The notes under the pieces are model-generated. The model had not been told where the DNA came from and did no database searches. It saw only the letters and a list, made by a program, of their open reading frames with translations. The position numbers were made by a program, and so were the translations under genes. From Candidatus Latescibacterota bacterium (GTDB lineage Bacteria; Latescibacterota; UBA2968; GCA-2709665), in contig OZ241917.1 in assembly GCA_965203805.1 (NCBI GenBank), positions 2,400,001 to 2,464,000 on the forward strand: a stretch of 64,000 nt of DNA, written 5' to 3'. Positions 18,689 to 28,945 of the stretch are shown one piece after another (positions within the stretch are counted from its first letter, which is position 1; each line of letters starts with the position of its first letter).

Positions 18689-20410
18689 TTATCTGACTTC
18701 CGGGGCACGCATCGCAGGCACGTGGGTCCGTCCCTGCCGCGCTGAATAATACGCCCGGTCCGCCAACAATCTTTTCGCACGATCGAACAGCTCAAGCGTC
18801 TGAACGACTTCCGGATCCTGACTTACGGCAACCCGGCCCGCCTCCGGATCTCCCCAGCGGAACTTCGCGAAATATCGTTTCATCTGCCGCCTGATCAGAT
18901 CGATGCCGGATTCGAATTCCTGGTCTGCAAACTTCAGATCCGTATCCCACTCCTTGAGAAATGCCTTGAATTCCGTTATCTCGCGAACGCCGGGCGTATA
19001 ATGTTGAAAATAGGATTCAAAATCCGGATAGGCGCCCGTAAACTCCGCAGCGCTTCGACTTGCGAATTCGAAAAAGTGCCTCGGGGCCAGCCGCTGTTCA
19101 AAATCGCCTGGGAGCTCCGAGTCCAACTCCACGTCGGGCGTGATCCCGCCGCTGCCGTACACCTTGCGCTGCAATATCTGCGTAAAGTAGACCGGCCGGG
19201 ACAGCACGCTGTCCGGATCGGCATTGGGATCGTATCCGTCGTGCGCTTCTTTCAGGTATGCCCGCCTGTCGCCGGAATAGGGTCGCTGGATCGGCCGTTC
19301 GCTGGGCGTGAAATAGCGCGCGACGGTGAGCAGCACCGCGCCGCCGTTTTTCAGCGAATACTGCTTCTGTACCAGACCCTTGCCAAACGTGGTCTGCCCG
19401 ACGACGAGCCCGCGGTCGTAGTCCTGAACGGCGCCCGCAACAATCTCTGAAGCGCTGGCGCTGTAACTGTCGACAAGCACCGTCAGCGGCATATCGAGGG
19501 GTATGATGGGATCGCGATCCGCGAAGTGATCTTCACGGGAACCCCGTCTGCGCCCCTCGGTATACACCAGAAGGCGGTCTTTCTCAAGGAATTGGTCGGC
19601 CACGGCCACGGCCTGCTCGAGGTAACCGCCACTGTTGCCGCGCAAATCGAGGATGAGCTTTCCGGCGCCACCGTCGATCAGACCATCGAGCGCGTCCTGC
19701 AACTCACGTGAGGTGCGGCTGGAGAACCGGTCGACCTTCACGTAGCCTACGTCCGCATTCAGTTTGAACGCATACGGTACGCTGGGTACTTCGATCTTGT
19801 CACGAATAATCTCAAGCCTGAGGGGGTCGGTCACTCCCGGGCGTTGAACCAGAACATTCACCTTGCTGCCCTTCGGACCCTTGAGCCGCTTTTTCACGTC
19901 ATCGGTTTTCCGTATGCCAACCACCGATACGTCGTCGATCTTTACAATGCGGTCACCTGGCCGAAGGCCGGCCTTGTAGGCCGGAGATCCGACAATGGGG
20001 GACAAAACCGTCAGCCGGCCCGCGATGATTTCGAAATAGATCCCGATTCCCTCAAACGAGCCGCGCATCCGTTCCTGGGTGTCCTGGAGTTCCTCCGGCG
20101 AAATATAGGTTGAGTGAGGATCCAGGCGGGAAAGATAACCTTCGATGGCGCCGTGATACAGCTCGACCGGATCGGTCGTCTCGTAATACTGACGCCGGAT
20201 CAGGTCGGCCAGCTGATCCAGGGTATGCGCCTGCATGGCCGTATTCACGCGAGGTGGGGGATCCGCGTCTGCCGCACATGGATGACCCGCCGCCCACACC
20301 ATGATCAGTATGGGAACAACCCGACGTATGACCGGCATACAAACCTTTCCGAAGTCACGCGACATCGATTCAGAGCGATTCAACATAACGACGGCAACTG
20401 GACATGTCAA
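18689..20410 (-). CDS. S41 family C-terminal processing peptidase
   Basis: LDPHS, PDZ domain, ILDLRGNSGG, SASASEIVAGA and TFGKGLVQ motifs; start uncertain. Confidence 0.93.
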   Translation of the reverse strand: MTCPVAVVMLNRSESMSRDFGKVCMPVIRRVVPILIMVWAAGHPCAADADPPPRVNTAMQAHTLDQLADLIRRQYYETTDPVELYHGAIEGYLSRLDPHSTYISPEELQDTQERMRGSFEGIGIYFEIIAGRLTVLSPIVGSPAYKAGLRPGDRIVKIDDVSVVGIRKTDDVKKRLKGPKGSKVNVLVQRPGVTDPLRLEIIRDKIEVPSVPYAFKLNADVGYVKVDRFSSRTSRELQDALDGLIDGGAGKLILDLRGNSGGYLEQAVAVADQFLEKDRLLVYTEGRRRGSREDHFADRDPIIPLDMPLTVLVDSYSASASEIVAGAVQDYDRGLVVGQTTFGKGLVQKQYSLKNGGAVLLTVARYFTPSERPIQRPYSGDRRAYLKEAHDGYDPNADPDSVLSRPVYFTQILQRKVYGSGGITPDVELDSELPGDFEQRLAPRHFFEFASRSAAEFTGAYPDFESYFQHYTPGVREITEFKAFLKEWDTDLKFADQEFESGIDLIRRQMKRYFAKFRWGDPEAGRVAVSQDPEVVQTLELFDRAKRLLADRAYYSARQGRTHVPAMRAPEVR

Positions 20411-20437
20411 GGAGAAACCACATCCGCCGCGGCTCCA

Positions 20438-21163
20438 TCAGCCGCCGGATCCGGTGGCCCTGTTTTTCGATTTCGTCATTGAAAACACCAGCAGTTGCTT
20501 GGAAAACAGGTAATACTCCTTGAAATTGAGTTTGCTGGTGCTGTACTGCCGGTTGCGGAACACGTAGGGCACCTCAACAAATGTCGACCAGGTTCCCTTG
20601 ACGAGAATTTCGAGCAGAATCTTGTACCCCGGAGACGTCAGCGTCACGCCCTGCAGCACCCGGCGATGCAGGAAAAAATACCCGCTGAGCGGATCCTGTA
20701 CCCCGGTCAGTTGCCTCGCGGCGAGCACACCGGCCTGGGAGATCAGTTTTCGATACCATGGCCACCGCTCCACACGGCTTTCTGAGTTATAGCGGCTGCC
20801 AAGCGCAAGATCGCATTCCCGCAGCCCGTGAATCAATCGGGGCAATACGGCCGGATCGTGGCTCAGGTCCGCGTCAATCACGCCCAGACAATCGCGGTCC
20901 GACTTTTGAAATCCCTCCATCACCGCGCTGCCCAGGCCCAGTTTGCCGGTCCGGTGTATCACCTGAACGGGAAATCGGCCCTTCAGCGCCTCCGCTTCCT
21001 CGCCGGTGCCATCCGGTGAAGCATCATCCACGACGATCAGTTCCAGATCGATCTCCGGGAACCGACCGACCGCCGAAAAAACTTCGTCCGCCAGAAGGGA
21101 GATGTTCGGGCGTTCGTTATAGGTTGGTGTAATCAGAGACACGCGCAACGGGGATTCACCCAT
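20438..21163 (-). CDS. Polyprenol monophosphomannose synthase-like GT2
   Basis: PTYNE, VDDASPDGT, KLGLGSA, DADLSHDP and DPLSGYF motifs. Confidence 0.9.
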   Translation of the reverse strand: MGESPLRVSLITPTYNERPNISLLADEVFSAVGRFPEIDLELIVVDDASPDGTGEEAEALKGRFPVQVIHRTGKLGLGSAVMEGFQKSDRDCLGVIDADLSHDPAVLPRLIHGLRECDLALGSRYNSESRVERWPWYRKLISQAGVLAARQLTGVQDPLSGYFFLHRRVLQGVTLTSPGYKILLEILVKGTWSTFVEVPYVFRNRQYSTSKLNFKEYYLFSKQLLVFSMTKSKNRATGSGG

Positions 21164-21261
21164 GTCAATCACCTGAGAAGATGAGGTCGATCGGGTTGAC
21201 AACGACGACGGCGACGTACGCGAACATCGGAAACAGCCGCCTGGTGTGGGAGCGGTACCGG

Positions 21262-22188
21262 CTACCGGGTCGTTACGCCCATCTTCCTGCCGGTCGCCTT
21301 CAGATTTTCGGAAAATGACCGCAGAACGGGATTGAACCGTCCGCGCGCCAGGTCGAGCTTCAGGCCCGCACCGGGGGGTCTGGTCGCGGCCTGCCCCAAT
21401 TCCCTGGAAGTGACGGGCACAACCAGATCCTCGTCGAAATTGAAACACCGGCAGATCCGCTTGACCATTTCATACCGGCTCAGGTATTCGGGCCCCGCAA
21501 AGTGGACCACGCCGCGGAAGTCGCCGCGACACAGCCCGAGGAGAAAGACGGCAAGTTCATCCACATGCGTGGGATTCGCCCATTCGTCGGTTACGACCCG
21601 GATGGTTTCGCCCCGAAGCAGGGACTCCAGAGCCCACGTCACGAAATTGGGCCTGCAACCCGCGCGATATCCGTATAGTACCGCCGTCCGGACCACAATC
21701 CCCCGACACGAAGAGGCCAGCAACAGGACCTCCGCGTCGAGCTTGGTCCGTCCGTAGACATTGACGGGGTTGGTGGGATCGGTCTCGGCATACGGGCCCG
21801 CCAGACCGTCGAAAACGTAGTTTGTAGAGACGGTCACCAGGCCGGCGGCTGCGTCTTCGCACGCCCGAACGAGGTTCCGGGTTCCACAAACGTTCACGCG
21901 GTTCGCCAGGTCGGGATCGCGCTCACACCCGTCCACGCCGGCCTCCGCGGCCGCGTTGATCACCCAGTCGGGCCGCACCCGTGCAATCGCCTCACTGACA
22001 GAGTCCGCATCCGTGAGGTCCACCCTCAGACAGTCGGACACCGAATACGGCGCCCGCGGCCTGCGCACCGCGGGTATCCGCCGCAAACCTTCGAAGGGCA
22101 CATCGCAAAGCGCGCGCCCCAGGAATCCGGAAGCCCCCACAATCAATACGTCTCTTGTCGTCCCGTCATCCACAGGTACCACCCGCAC
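21262..22188 (-). CDS. rfbD: dTDP-4-dehydrorhamnose reductase family SDR
   Basis: GASGFLG, STNYVFDG, YGRTK and NPT motifs. Confidence 0.85.
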   Translation of the reverse strand: MRVVPVDDGTTRDVLIVGASGFLGRALCDVPFEGLRRIPAVRRPRAPYSVSDCLRVDLTDADSVSEAIARVRPDWVINAAAEAGVDGCERDPDLANRVNVCGTRNLVRACEDAAAGLVTVSTNYVFDGLAGPYAETDPTNPVNVYGRTKLDAEVLLLASSCRGIVVRTAVLYGYRAGCRPNFVTWALESLLRGETIRVVTDEWANPTHVDELAVFLLGLCRGDFRGVVHFAGPEYLSRYEMVKRICRCFNFDEDLVVPVTSRELGQAATRPPGAGLKLDLARGRFNPVLRSFSENLKATGRKMGVTTR

Positions 22189-22191
22189 AGG

Positions 22192-23766
22192 TTACGGAAG
22201 TTCATGTTCGGATTCTCGAGACTCGGCCCGCGACGTACGACCGGCCCCGAGGCGCAGGTACATCGCCATTCCTCTGTATAGCGCGCCCGCATTGGCTGCG
22301 CGCCGGAGGTGCCTGTTCGCCAGCGTCTCAAGAATCTCACCGGCCGCTTCTCGATAGCGCGAATGCCCGGTCAGCGCGTACAGCCTTGAGAGCACCTGAA
22401 CGGCCACCCCATTGCCCGACGGGACCAGGCGGTCCACCGCGTGGATGACGGCCGTGTCCGGCTCCGGCCAGCGGTCGCGCAGCGCGCCCGAGTCATCGAA
22501 GAGCCGCTCCAGCATCATATCTGTGAGCACAGACGCGAACCGGAAATCACCGCCGCCGGCACTGTATACGTCCAGTGCGGCCCGCGCAGCCAGGGCCTGG
22601 TCCGCCAGCAGAAACTGAGGTTCTCCCGGAGGGTGCATGACGTGACGCATGCCACCCTCCGGATGGGTGAGTCGCTTTCGTAAGGACGCCAGAACGTCGC
22701 GTGCAAGATCCAGATAGGCGGTGACTCCGGAAGTCCGATAGAGCGCGACAAACCCGGTGACGGCCAGGGCGTTCCATGAGGTATAGACAGCCGGGTCTCT
22801 CGGGGCCGCGAGACCCGATTCCAAAAGGACTGCTTCTCCGGATTGTTCGGAAAACCCCGCGAGGCCGGCAACGAACAGGCCTGCCTGCGGAGCATAAAGC
22901 GCGCCCACCAGCGCATTGCCCAGATCAACCGCCGCAGCCGTGTCCGCCCGCGCCAGAACAGCCAGCCATCCCGCATTTGCCGCCAGCGTCTTTTCTCTGT
23001 CGAGCACGGCGCCGTCCGGCGTGAGCCCGCGCTGGAAGTACATCCCGTCGGAATCGCGCAACGGACTTGAGGCGATCTCCTTCAGCCGCGCCAGCGCCAG
23101 GTCCCGCGCCGCCGATTCGTCCGCATCGAGAAGGGCAAGGAATGACTCGGGACCCGGCACCTCTCCCCGCGCCAACGCGGCCCCGGTGCTGTCGGCAAAT
23201 TGATACAGCAGGCCGGCCGCCGGCGCTTCCCGGGGCAGGTTCCGCGTTTCTCTGGCCACCCACCGCGCAAGATTCCGCCGCGCGCGTTCAAAATCGCCCC
23301 AGCGTTTCGGGTTGTTGAAATAGACCCGCACCCGGCGCAACAGTTCCCGCATATCGTCCGGGTCCAGATACGTGGACCCGGTCATCCAGTCGCCGTCGGG
23401 AGTCAGGATCGCCGTTGACGGCCAGCCGCCAACGCCGAACCGCTCCGCCAGGTCGGGCCGCCGGTCCACGTCCACGCGTACCGGCCACGTACCCTGTTCG
23501 ATCGACCGCGCCAGCCCGGCGTCGCCGAAGCACCGTCTGACCATATCCCGGCACCAGTAGGACCGGCTGGAATAAAGATAGAGAAACAGCGGTCGATTCA
23601 GAACCCGCGCGGAATCCCGCGCCGACCACGTCCGCCAGATCACCCGCCCCGGCGGCGGGGCGGTCAGAGCGGATCTGTCCGGCGCCCGATCACATGCGGC
23701 GAACCCGGTATTCAGAGTCGCGCAGAGGCAGGCCGCAAGCAGCGGATTCGGCAGAAAGCGAGACAC
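22192..23766 (-). CDS. DUF255 thioredoxin-domain / YyaL-like protein
   Basis: VRVDVDRRPDL...GGWPST...GSTY, YTSWNAL and PSGN motifs. Confidence 0.8.
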   Translation of the reverse strand: MSRFLPNPLLAACLCATLNTGFAACDRAPDRSALTAPPPGRVIWRTWSARDSARVLNRPLFLYLYSSRSYWCRDMVRRCFGDAGLARSIEQGTWPVRVDVDRRPDLAERFGVGGWPSTAILTPDGDWMTGSTYLDPDDMRELLRRVRVYFNNPKRWGDFERARRNLARWVARETRNLPREAPAAGLLYQFADSTGAALARGEVPGPESFLALLDADESAARDLALARLKEIASSPLRDSDGMYFQRGLTPDGAVLDREKTLAANAGWLAVLARADTAAAVDLGNALVGALYAPQAGLFVAGLAGFSEQSGEAVLLESGLAAPRDPAVYTSWNALAVTGFVALYRTSGVTAYLDLARDVLASLRKRLTHPEGGMRHVMHPPGEPQFLLADQALAARAALDVYSAGGGDFRFASVLTDMMLERLFDDSGALRDRWPEPDTAVIHAVDRLVPSGNGVAVQVLSRLYALTGHSRYREAAGEILETLANRHLRRAANAGALYRGMAMYLRLGAGRTSRAESRESEHELP

Positions 23767-24072
23767 GAGAGATTCGTTCGGGATAACGGTTCAACGGAAA
23801 CGGCCGTCCATTTCGCCGGCACCGCAACTCCGACCGGGAAATTGTGACGGCCGAACGGAAAAGTCGGGAACCCCTGTACGCCAGATGCGTTTATATCTTG
23901 AAATCGACGAAAAGACTTGACATTCCGGCGACGATTAACGTAATTTTTCCGTTTGATGAGATCCAGGAAAGTTCGCTCTCCGGGGTCGTGGCGAAGCACC
24001 GGTTGCTACCCTTGTACATCCGCCCGGAAAGACCCTTTCGCGGGGCTACCCGGAAACGATGTCACTGAATCG

Positions 24073-24333
24073 TCAGCGGACATTCGAAAGTGGTATCGCC
24101 TCTTCGACCAGCATAATCGGGATGTCGTCTTCAATCGGATACAGATAAGCGCCGTCCTCTCGAACGAGGCCCCCGCTAATGGGGTTCTCGACAGGGGATC
24201 CTCCCCTGTTGCACACCTCGCCCTTTTCGATGCGTTCATTGATCCTTTCGATTAATGCCGGACCTGCCAGCCTTACGGGTGTCCTGCTTTCCGGGCAGGC
24301 CAGAATATCGAGCAATTCCTTGTCAATCACCAT
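24073..24333 (-). CDS. Trm112 family protein
   Basis: IDKELLDILACP...YPIEDDIPIML. Confidence 0.88.
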   Translation of the reverse strand: MVIDKELLDILACPESRTPVRLAGPALIERINERIEKGEVCNRGGSPVENPISGGLVREDGAYLYPIEDDIPIMLVEEAIPLSNVR

Positions 24334-24707
24334 GTGGTTCCTTTCAAATACGGACGCCTGAAACACGAATCCGGCCCTGTCACCTCTCAAGTTGACAGAA
24401 AATAGCCAACCACCGGTTTTCGAACAAGCTTTTTTCCAGCAGGAGCGCCTATTCCGAACATTCGCTGACGTGTTTTGCCCTTGGAAGCTGTTTTAGAATC
24501 CCCAGCGTTCGTCGCGTTGTGGGCTTGTTGCAAAAACCTATGGCGAGTGGAGTGCCCGTGCCGTTGCAGCGTTTACCCGGGTCGCCGGACAAGAGAAGGG
24601 GTACACGCCCTACCACCCCTTTCCGCACCCGGTTTTTTGTGCCCTGTCGCTTCGACAATTTCCGCCGGGTCCGATCGATCGAATAACACCTCAAGGAGCC
24701 GAACCCC

Positions 24708-25754
24708 ATGAAAAGCAACCCATTGTGCGTGTGCCTGACCGGCATTCTCCTCTTCTTCGTGTTCGCATATCCGGGCCCGTCGTGGGCAACGCCGGAGAGC
24801 CAGGCCGCGGCGCCCTTTCTTCTCTTTCAACCCAGCGCGCGTTCCGCTGGAATGGGTGAGGCCTATATCGCGATCGCCGACGGCGCCAATGCAACCTATT
24901 ACAATCCAGCCGCCCTGGCAGACGACACAAACAGGCATATGAGCACAACGATGTACAAGCCCGTTCCATCGCTGGCCAGCGACATTTTTACCTCCTTCGG
25001 CGCGTACACGCAGCCGGTCGAAGGCGTGGGCAACCTGGGCTTAAGCCTGATCTACACGTCCCTCGGGTCCCAGCACCGCACCGACTCCCAGGGGCAGGAC
25101 CTGGGCAAATTCACGAGCTTTGGCCTGGCCGTGGCCGTATCCTATGGAACCTTTGTCGTGAAAAACGTTTCCGTGGGCGCGACCATGAAGTTTATTCACG
25201 AGAAACTGGCCAGTCAGGGCGCCGGCATCGAAAAGGGAAAGGGCGCCGGCACGTCCTTCGCCGGCGACCTGGGTTTCATGTGGAAAGCTTCGGATCGGTT
25301 CACCCTGGCCTGGGCGCTGCGAAACGTGGGGCCGAATATTACGTTCATCGATGCGGACCAGGCCGACCCGCTGCCGCAGAATTTCACGATCGGCATTGCT
25401 CACAAGGTGGTGCAGCGAGGAAATTCAACGCTGCTTCTTGCCGCGGACATCTATAAACCCCTGGCCGACGAAGGCTTTTTCTCCTTTGCCACGGGCTGGA
25501 GCGACCGAGCCGGTGGCGAGGAATTCAAGGACATCGACTACCATGCGGGCATCGAATGGACTTACAATCTTTCCGAAGAGTCCGCATTCGCCCTGCGGAC
25601 GGGGTATTTCCACGATGAGGACGGCGACCGGAAGAGCCCGACCTTCGGCCTGGGCCTGAAATACAACTGGGCGACGTTCGACCTCTCCTACTTTGCCAGC
25701 AGCGGCTCCGCCATCCAAAACGTCTTTCGATTCACGGGCGGCTTCTCATTCTAA
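24708..25754 (+). CDS. porV: PorV/PorQ family outer-membrane protein (T9SS-associated)
   Basis: FLLFQPSARSAGMGEA...YYNPAAL, NVGP, PLP and ALRTGY motifs; C-terminal F. Confidence 0.8.
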   Translation: MKSNPLCVCLTGILLFFVFAYPGPSWATPESQAAAPFLLFQPSARSAGMGEAYIAIADGANATYYNPAALADDTNRHMSTTMYKPVPSLASDIFTSFGAYTQPVEGVGNLGLSLIYTSLGSQHRTDSQGQDLGKFTSFGLAVAVSYGTFVVKNVSVGATMKFIHEKLASQGAGIEKGKGAGTSFAGDLGFMWKASDRFTLAWALRNVGPNITFIDADQADPLPQNFTIGIAHKVVQRGNSTLLLAADIYKPLADEGFFSFATGWSDRAGGEEFKDIDYHAGIEWTYNLSEESAFALRTGYFHDEDGDRKSPTFGLGLKYNWATFDLSYFASSGSAIQNVFRFTGGFSF

Positions 25755-25818
25755 GACAATGGAACGGCTTATCCTTCCGCTGTTTTTCGATTGACTTCTC
25801 ATAAGGTCGAAAACCATC

Positions 25819-28800
25819 GTGTGGTTGCGGCGGGTTGAACCCAGACGCAGGCTGAAAACGCGGGTAGCGCAGAAGCAGACGACATTTGCGTTCCTTCTCG
25901 CCGCTTGCTTTTTCTGTCTCGTTCTGCCTCCGCGTGTCGCTCAGGGCGCAGAGGAAACCTGGCGCATCCTCGCGGTCCGTGTGTCCTTTTCGGTGGAAGA
26001 TCCCGACGACGGGACGACCAGCGGAAACGGCGCCTTTGATCTCCGGACCTTCGATTCGGTCCGCGCTGACTATGTCTTCCCCTTCGACGCCCCCCCGCAC
26101 GACAGATCCTATTTTGAAGCGCACCTCCAGGCCCTGCGCAACTATTATCTGCAAATCTCAGACGGACAGCTCAATATTGAATACACCGTGTTTCCGGAGG
26201 ATGCGGACGGCAGCTACATTCTGGACCGACCGCTGAAGGAATACGGCAACGGGCGCACCAGAAACGAAATCGCCCAGCGAATCACACAGCTCTTCCGCGA
26301 CGGGGTCGCGGCGGCCGACAGCGCCGAAGGGGCAAACCTGGATTTTTCGGCGTTCCAGGCCTTCGTGGTCTTTCACGCCGGGCTCGGAGCGGAGGCCGGC
26401 GGACAGGCCATCAACGATATTCCCTCCGCTTTCGTGTCCCGCAATGACCTCGACCGGTTTGCGAACGGGCCGGTGGCGGTGGACGACGGGGCGGAAGCCG
26501 TCCATAACGGCATGTTACTGCCCGAAGCCGTCGGAACGGACGGAAGGGCCGGTCTGAACGGCACGCTTGTGCGGTTCTTCGCACACCAGCTGGGCCTGCC
26601 CGGGCTGTCGAATTTCGAAGACGAGCTCCCCGCGGTGGGAGACTGGAGCCCGCTGGATACCGGCGGCCCCGGCGCCGTCGCCTCCGCGGCCCGCCTGGGC
26701 CTTCAGCCGCTGAGCGCAGAACCGGGAGACAGCCTGCTCATCGGTTTTGTGCCGAGCCGCATGCTCGCGTGGTCCCGCATCCGCCTCGGATGGCTGGAAC
26801 CCACCGTCGTCACGCGTAACGACACCGTACGGCTGGCTGCCCCGCACGTTGCGGGTTCCAACCTGCCCCAGGCCGTCAAGATCCCCGTCAGCGCCACCGA
26901 ATATTTCCTCCTGGAAAACCGAATCTCCCGGCTTGTCGTACACGGGCGCAAACCGGAAATCGAATTCTCATCCGGAGATCGCGTATGGCTCTCGGTGGAC
27001 GACTACGACGCCTTCATTCCGGGTTCCGGCATTCTGATCTGGCACGTGGACGACGCCGTCATTCAGGCCAGCGGCGACGGCGTTGCCGTCAACAGCAATC
27101 CGCAGTATCTTATCGCCCCGGGGCAATACCGGCGGGGCATCTCGCTGGAGGAGGCCGACGGCCTGGAAGATATCGGCAACAATGCCGCGGACCGGGTTGT
27201 GCAGGCGGGCATCATCAGCCTGGATGCCATCGAAGGCGGCGCCCGTGATCCGTTCTACTCGGGCAACGCATCGCGTTTCGGACCGGACACCGTGCCCGCC
27301 ACCAACAGTAACCTGAACTATCCCACGGGAGTCACGATTCAAGTCCTCAGCCCCCCTGCCGATACGATGGACGTGGTCATCACGTTTGACTACCAGCAGG
27401 ATGCGTGGCCCGCAACCGGGTTGGCGAACGTCGGGCTGCAGGCCCCCCGCGCAATCGACCTTGACGGCGACGGCATCAAGGAAATCCTCCGCAGCGGCGG
27501 CGACTTCGGTCCCGACCCCGCCGAGACGTCCCCGGAACGAATCGCACTGCCGCTTTCTGTCAGCGGAAATCCTGCCGTCCTGCCGGCCGATGCCGCGTTT
27601 CCCTTCGTCACCTCGTTTACCCCCGCCGTGGGAGATATCGACGGAGACGGCGAAGCCGATTTCACCTACGCACGAGGCCCCACGCCCGTTCTGTGGCGAC
27701 GCAACGGCGCCACGGCCCCGTCCGTGAGCCCGGCGCCCGAGATCTCGTGCCCGCCACTGGTCGCAAGGTTTGCGGACGGGGCGGTCGACATCTGGGGCTG
27801 GACGAATGGCGACGTGACCTGGGGCAATCTGGAGGGGGCGAACACGGGTGTCGCGCAGATGGGCGGCGGACCCGTCGTCGGCCTGGCGGCGGGAAACGTG
27901 GACGACGATCCGGCCAGCGAGATTGTCGCCCTGACCGGCGACGGCGGGCTCTACGTTGCCGACGCGGATGGACACGTCCAACAGTTGGGCGACCTCTCCG
28001 GGTCCGTTCCGGGAACCCCTGTGCTGGGCGACCTGGACCGGGACGGGCGGGATGAGATCGTCGCGCTGGACGCGGACGGTGTGGTATCGATTTTTTCCGG
28101 CGGGAGAATGACGGCTCAAAGCGTGCCGGTGCCCGGCGGCGCGGGTTCGGCCCCCGTGCTGGGCGACCTGGACGAAGACGGTTACATCGAGGTGATCTTC
28201 GGCGGCGAGGGACGCCTCTGGGTGGTGCGCTTCAACGGGGTGCACCAGACCGATACGCCGCTCGCGTTTCCGCTTAAGGACGAAACCGGCCTGATCCTGG
28301 CGCCGCCCGTACTTGCCGACATCAACCTGGACGGCGACCTGGACATTTTCGCGGCCACGAAGGGAGGCCTTGTGTACGGTCTCGGTGCTGACGGCTCAGG
28401 CCTTGCGTCCTTTCCTCTGCCCGTTTCAGGCCCGGTCCACGCATCGCCCCTGCTTGACGACCTGGACGACGACGGCACCCTCGAACTGGTCGTCTTCACG
28501 ACTGACGGTGCGGCGCATCTCTGGCACCTCGAGACCTTCGACGCCCATTTTACGGGCAATCATCTCGTCTGGAGCCAGGCGGGAGGGGGACCGGGAAACG
28601 CGGGCCGTCTCCTCACGCTGCCCAGCGATCCGCCGCCGGAAACCACATCGCTGCTCCTGCCTCCCGACCAGGTCTACTGCTATCCCAATCCCATTCGCGG
28701 AACGTCGGCCACGATCCGGTTTTTTCTCGGCAGGAGCGCCCGCGTCCAGGTGGCCGTGCTCAACGCGCTTGGTGAAATCGTCGACCGGATGACCATGGAA

Positions 28801-28938
28801 AATCCAACGCCCCGTACGGACAACGAACTCCGCTGGAACACGGGCGACTATGCCAGCGGTTTCTACGTATGCCGAGTGGAAGCCATTTCCGAAGAACGAA
28901 CCGAAGTCCGCTTCGTCAAAACCGCTATCATCAAGTAA
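25819..28938 (+). CDS. Secreted M6-peptidase-like protein with FG-GAP repeats and T9SS type A C-terminal domain
   Basis: FHAG, EYFLLENR, GILIWHVD and LEEADG motifs; multiple GDLDxDG repeats; YCYPNP...ASGFY...AIIK tail. Confidence 0.8.
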   Translation: MWLRRVEPRRRLKTRVAQKQTTFAFLLAACFFCLVLPPRVAQGAEETWRILAVRVSFSVEDPDDGTTSGNGAFDLRTFDSVRADYVFPFDAPPHDRSYFEAHLQALRNYYLQISDGQLNIEYTVFPEDADGSYILDRPLKEYGNGRTRNEIAQRITQLFRDGVAAADSAEGANLDFSAFQAFVVFHAGLGAEAGGQAINDIPSAFVSRNDLDRFANGPVAVDDGAEAVHNGMLLPEAVGTDGRAGLNGTLVRFFAHQLGLPGLSNFEDELPAVGDWSPLDTGGPGAVASAARLGLQPLSAEPGDSLLIGFVPSRMLAWSRIRLGWLEPTVVTRNDTVRLAAPHVAGSNLPQAVKIPVSATEYFLLENRISRLVVHGRKPEIEFSSGDRVWLSVDDYDAFIPGSGILIWHVDDAVIQASGDGVAVNSNPQYLIAPGQYRRGISLEEADGLEDIGNNAADRVVQAGIISLDAIEGGARDPFYSGNASRFGPDTVPATNSNLNYPTGVTIQVLSPPADTMDVVITFDYQQDAWPATGLANVGLQAPRAIDLDGDGIKEILRSGGDFGPDPAETSPERIALPLSVSGNPAVLPADAAFPFVTSFTPAVGDIDGDGEADFTYARGPTPVLWRRNGATAPSVSPAPEISCPPLVARFADGAVDIWGWTNGDVTWGNLEGANTGVAQMGGGPVVGLAAGNVDDDPASEIVALTGDGGLYVADADGHVQQLGDLSGSVPGTPVLGDLDRDGRDEIVALDADGVVSIFSGGRMTAQSVPVPGGAGSAPVLGDLDEDGYIEVIFGGEGRLWVVRFNGVHQTDTPLAFPLKDETGLILAPPVLADINLDGDLDIFAATKGGLVYGLGADGSGLASFPLPVSGPVHASPLLDDLDDDGTLELVVFTTDGAAHLWHLETFDAHFTGNHLVWSQAGGGPGNAGRLLTLPSDPPPETTSLLLPPDQVYCYPNPIRGTSATIRFFLGRSARVQVAVLNALGEIVDRMTMENPTPRTDNELRWNTGDYASGFYVCRVEAISEERTEVRFVKTAIIK

Positions 28939-28945
28939 CCGTACG

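Noticed and set aside
24570-24650. Hairpins upstream of porV as a possible riboswitch
   Set aside because: No recognisable riboswitch consensus.
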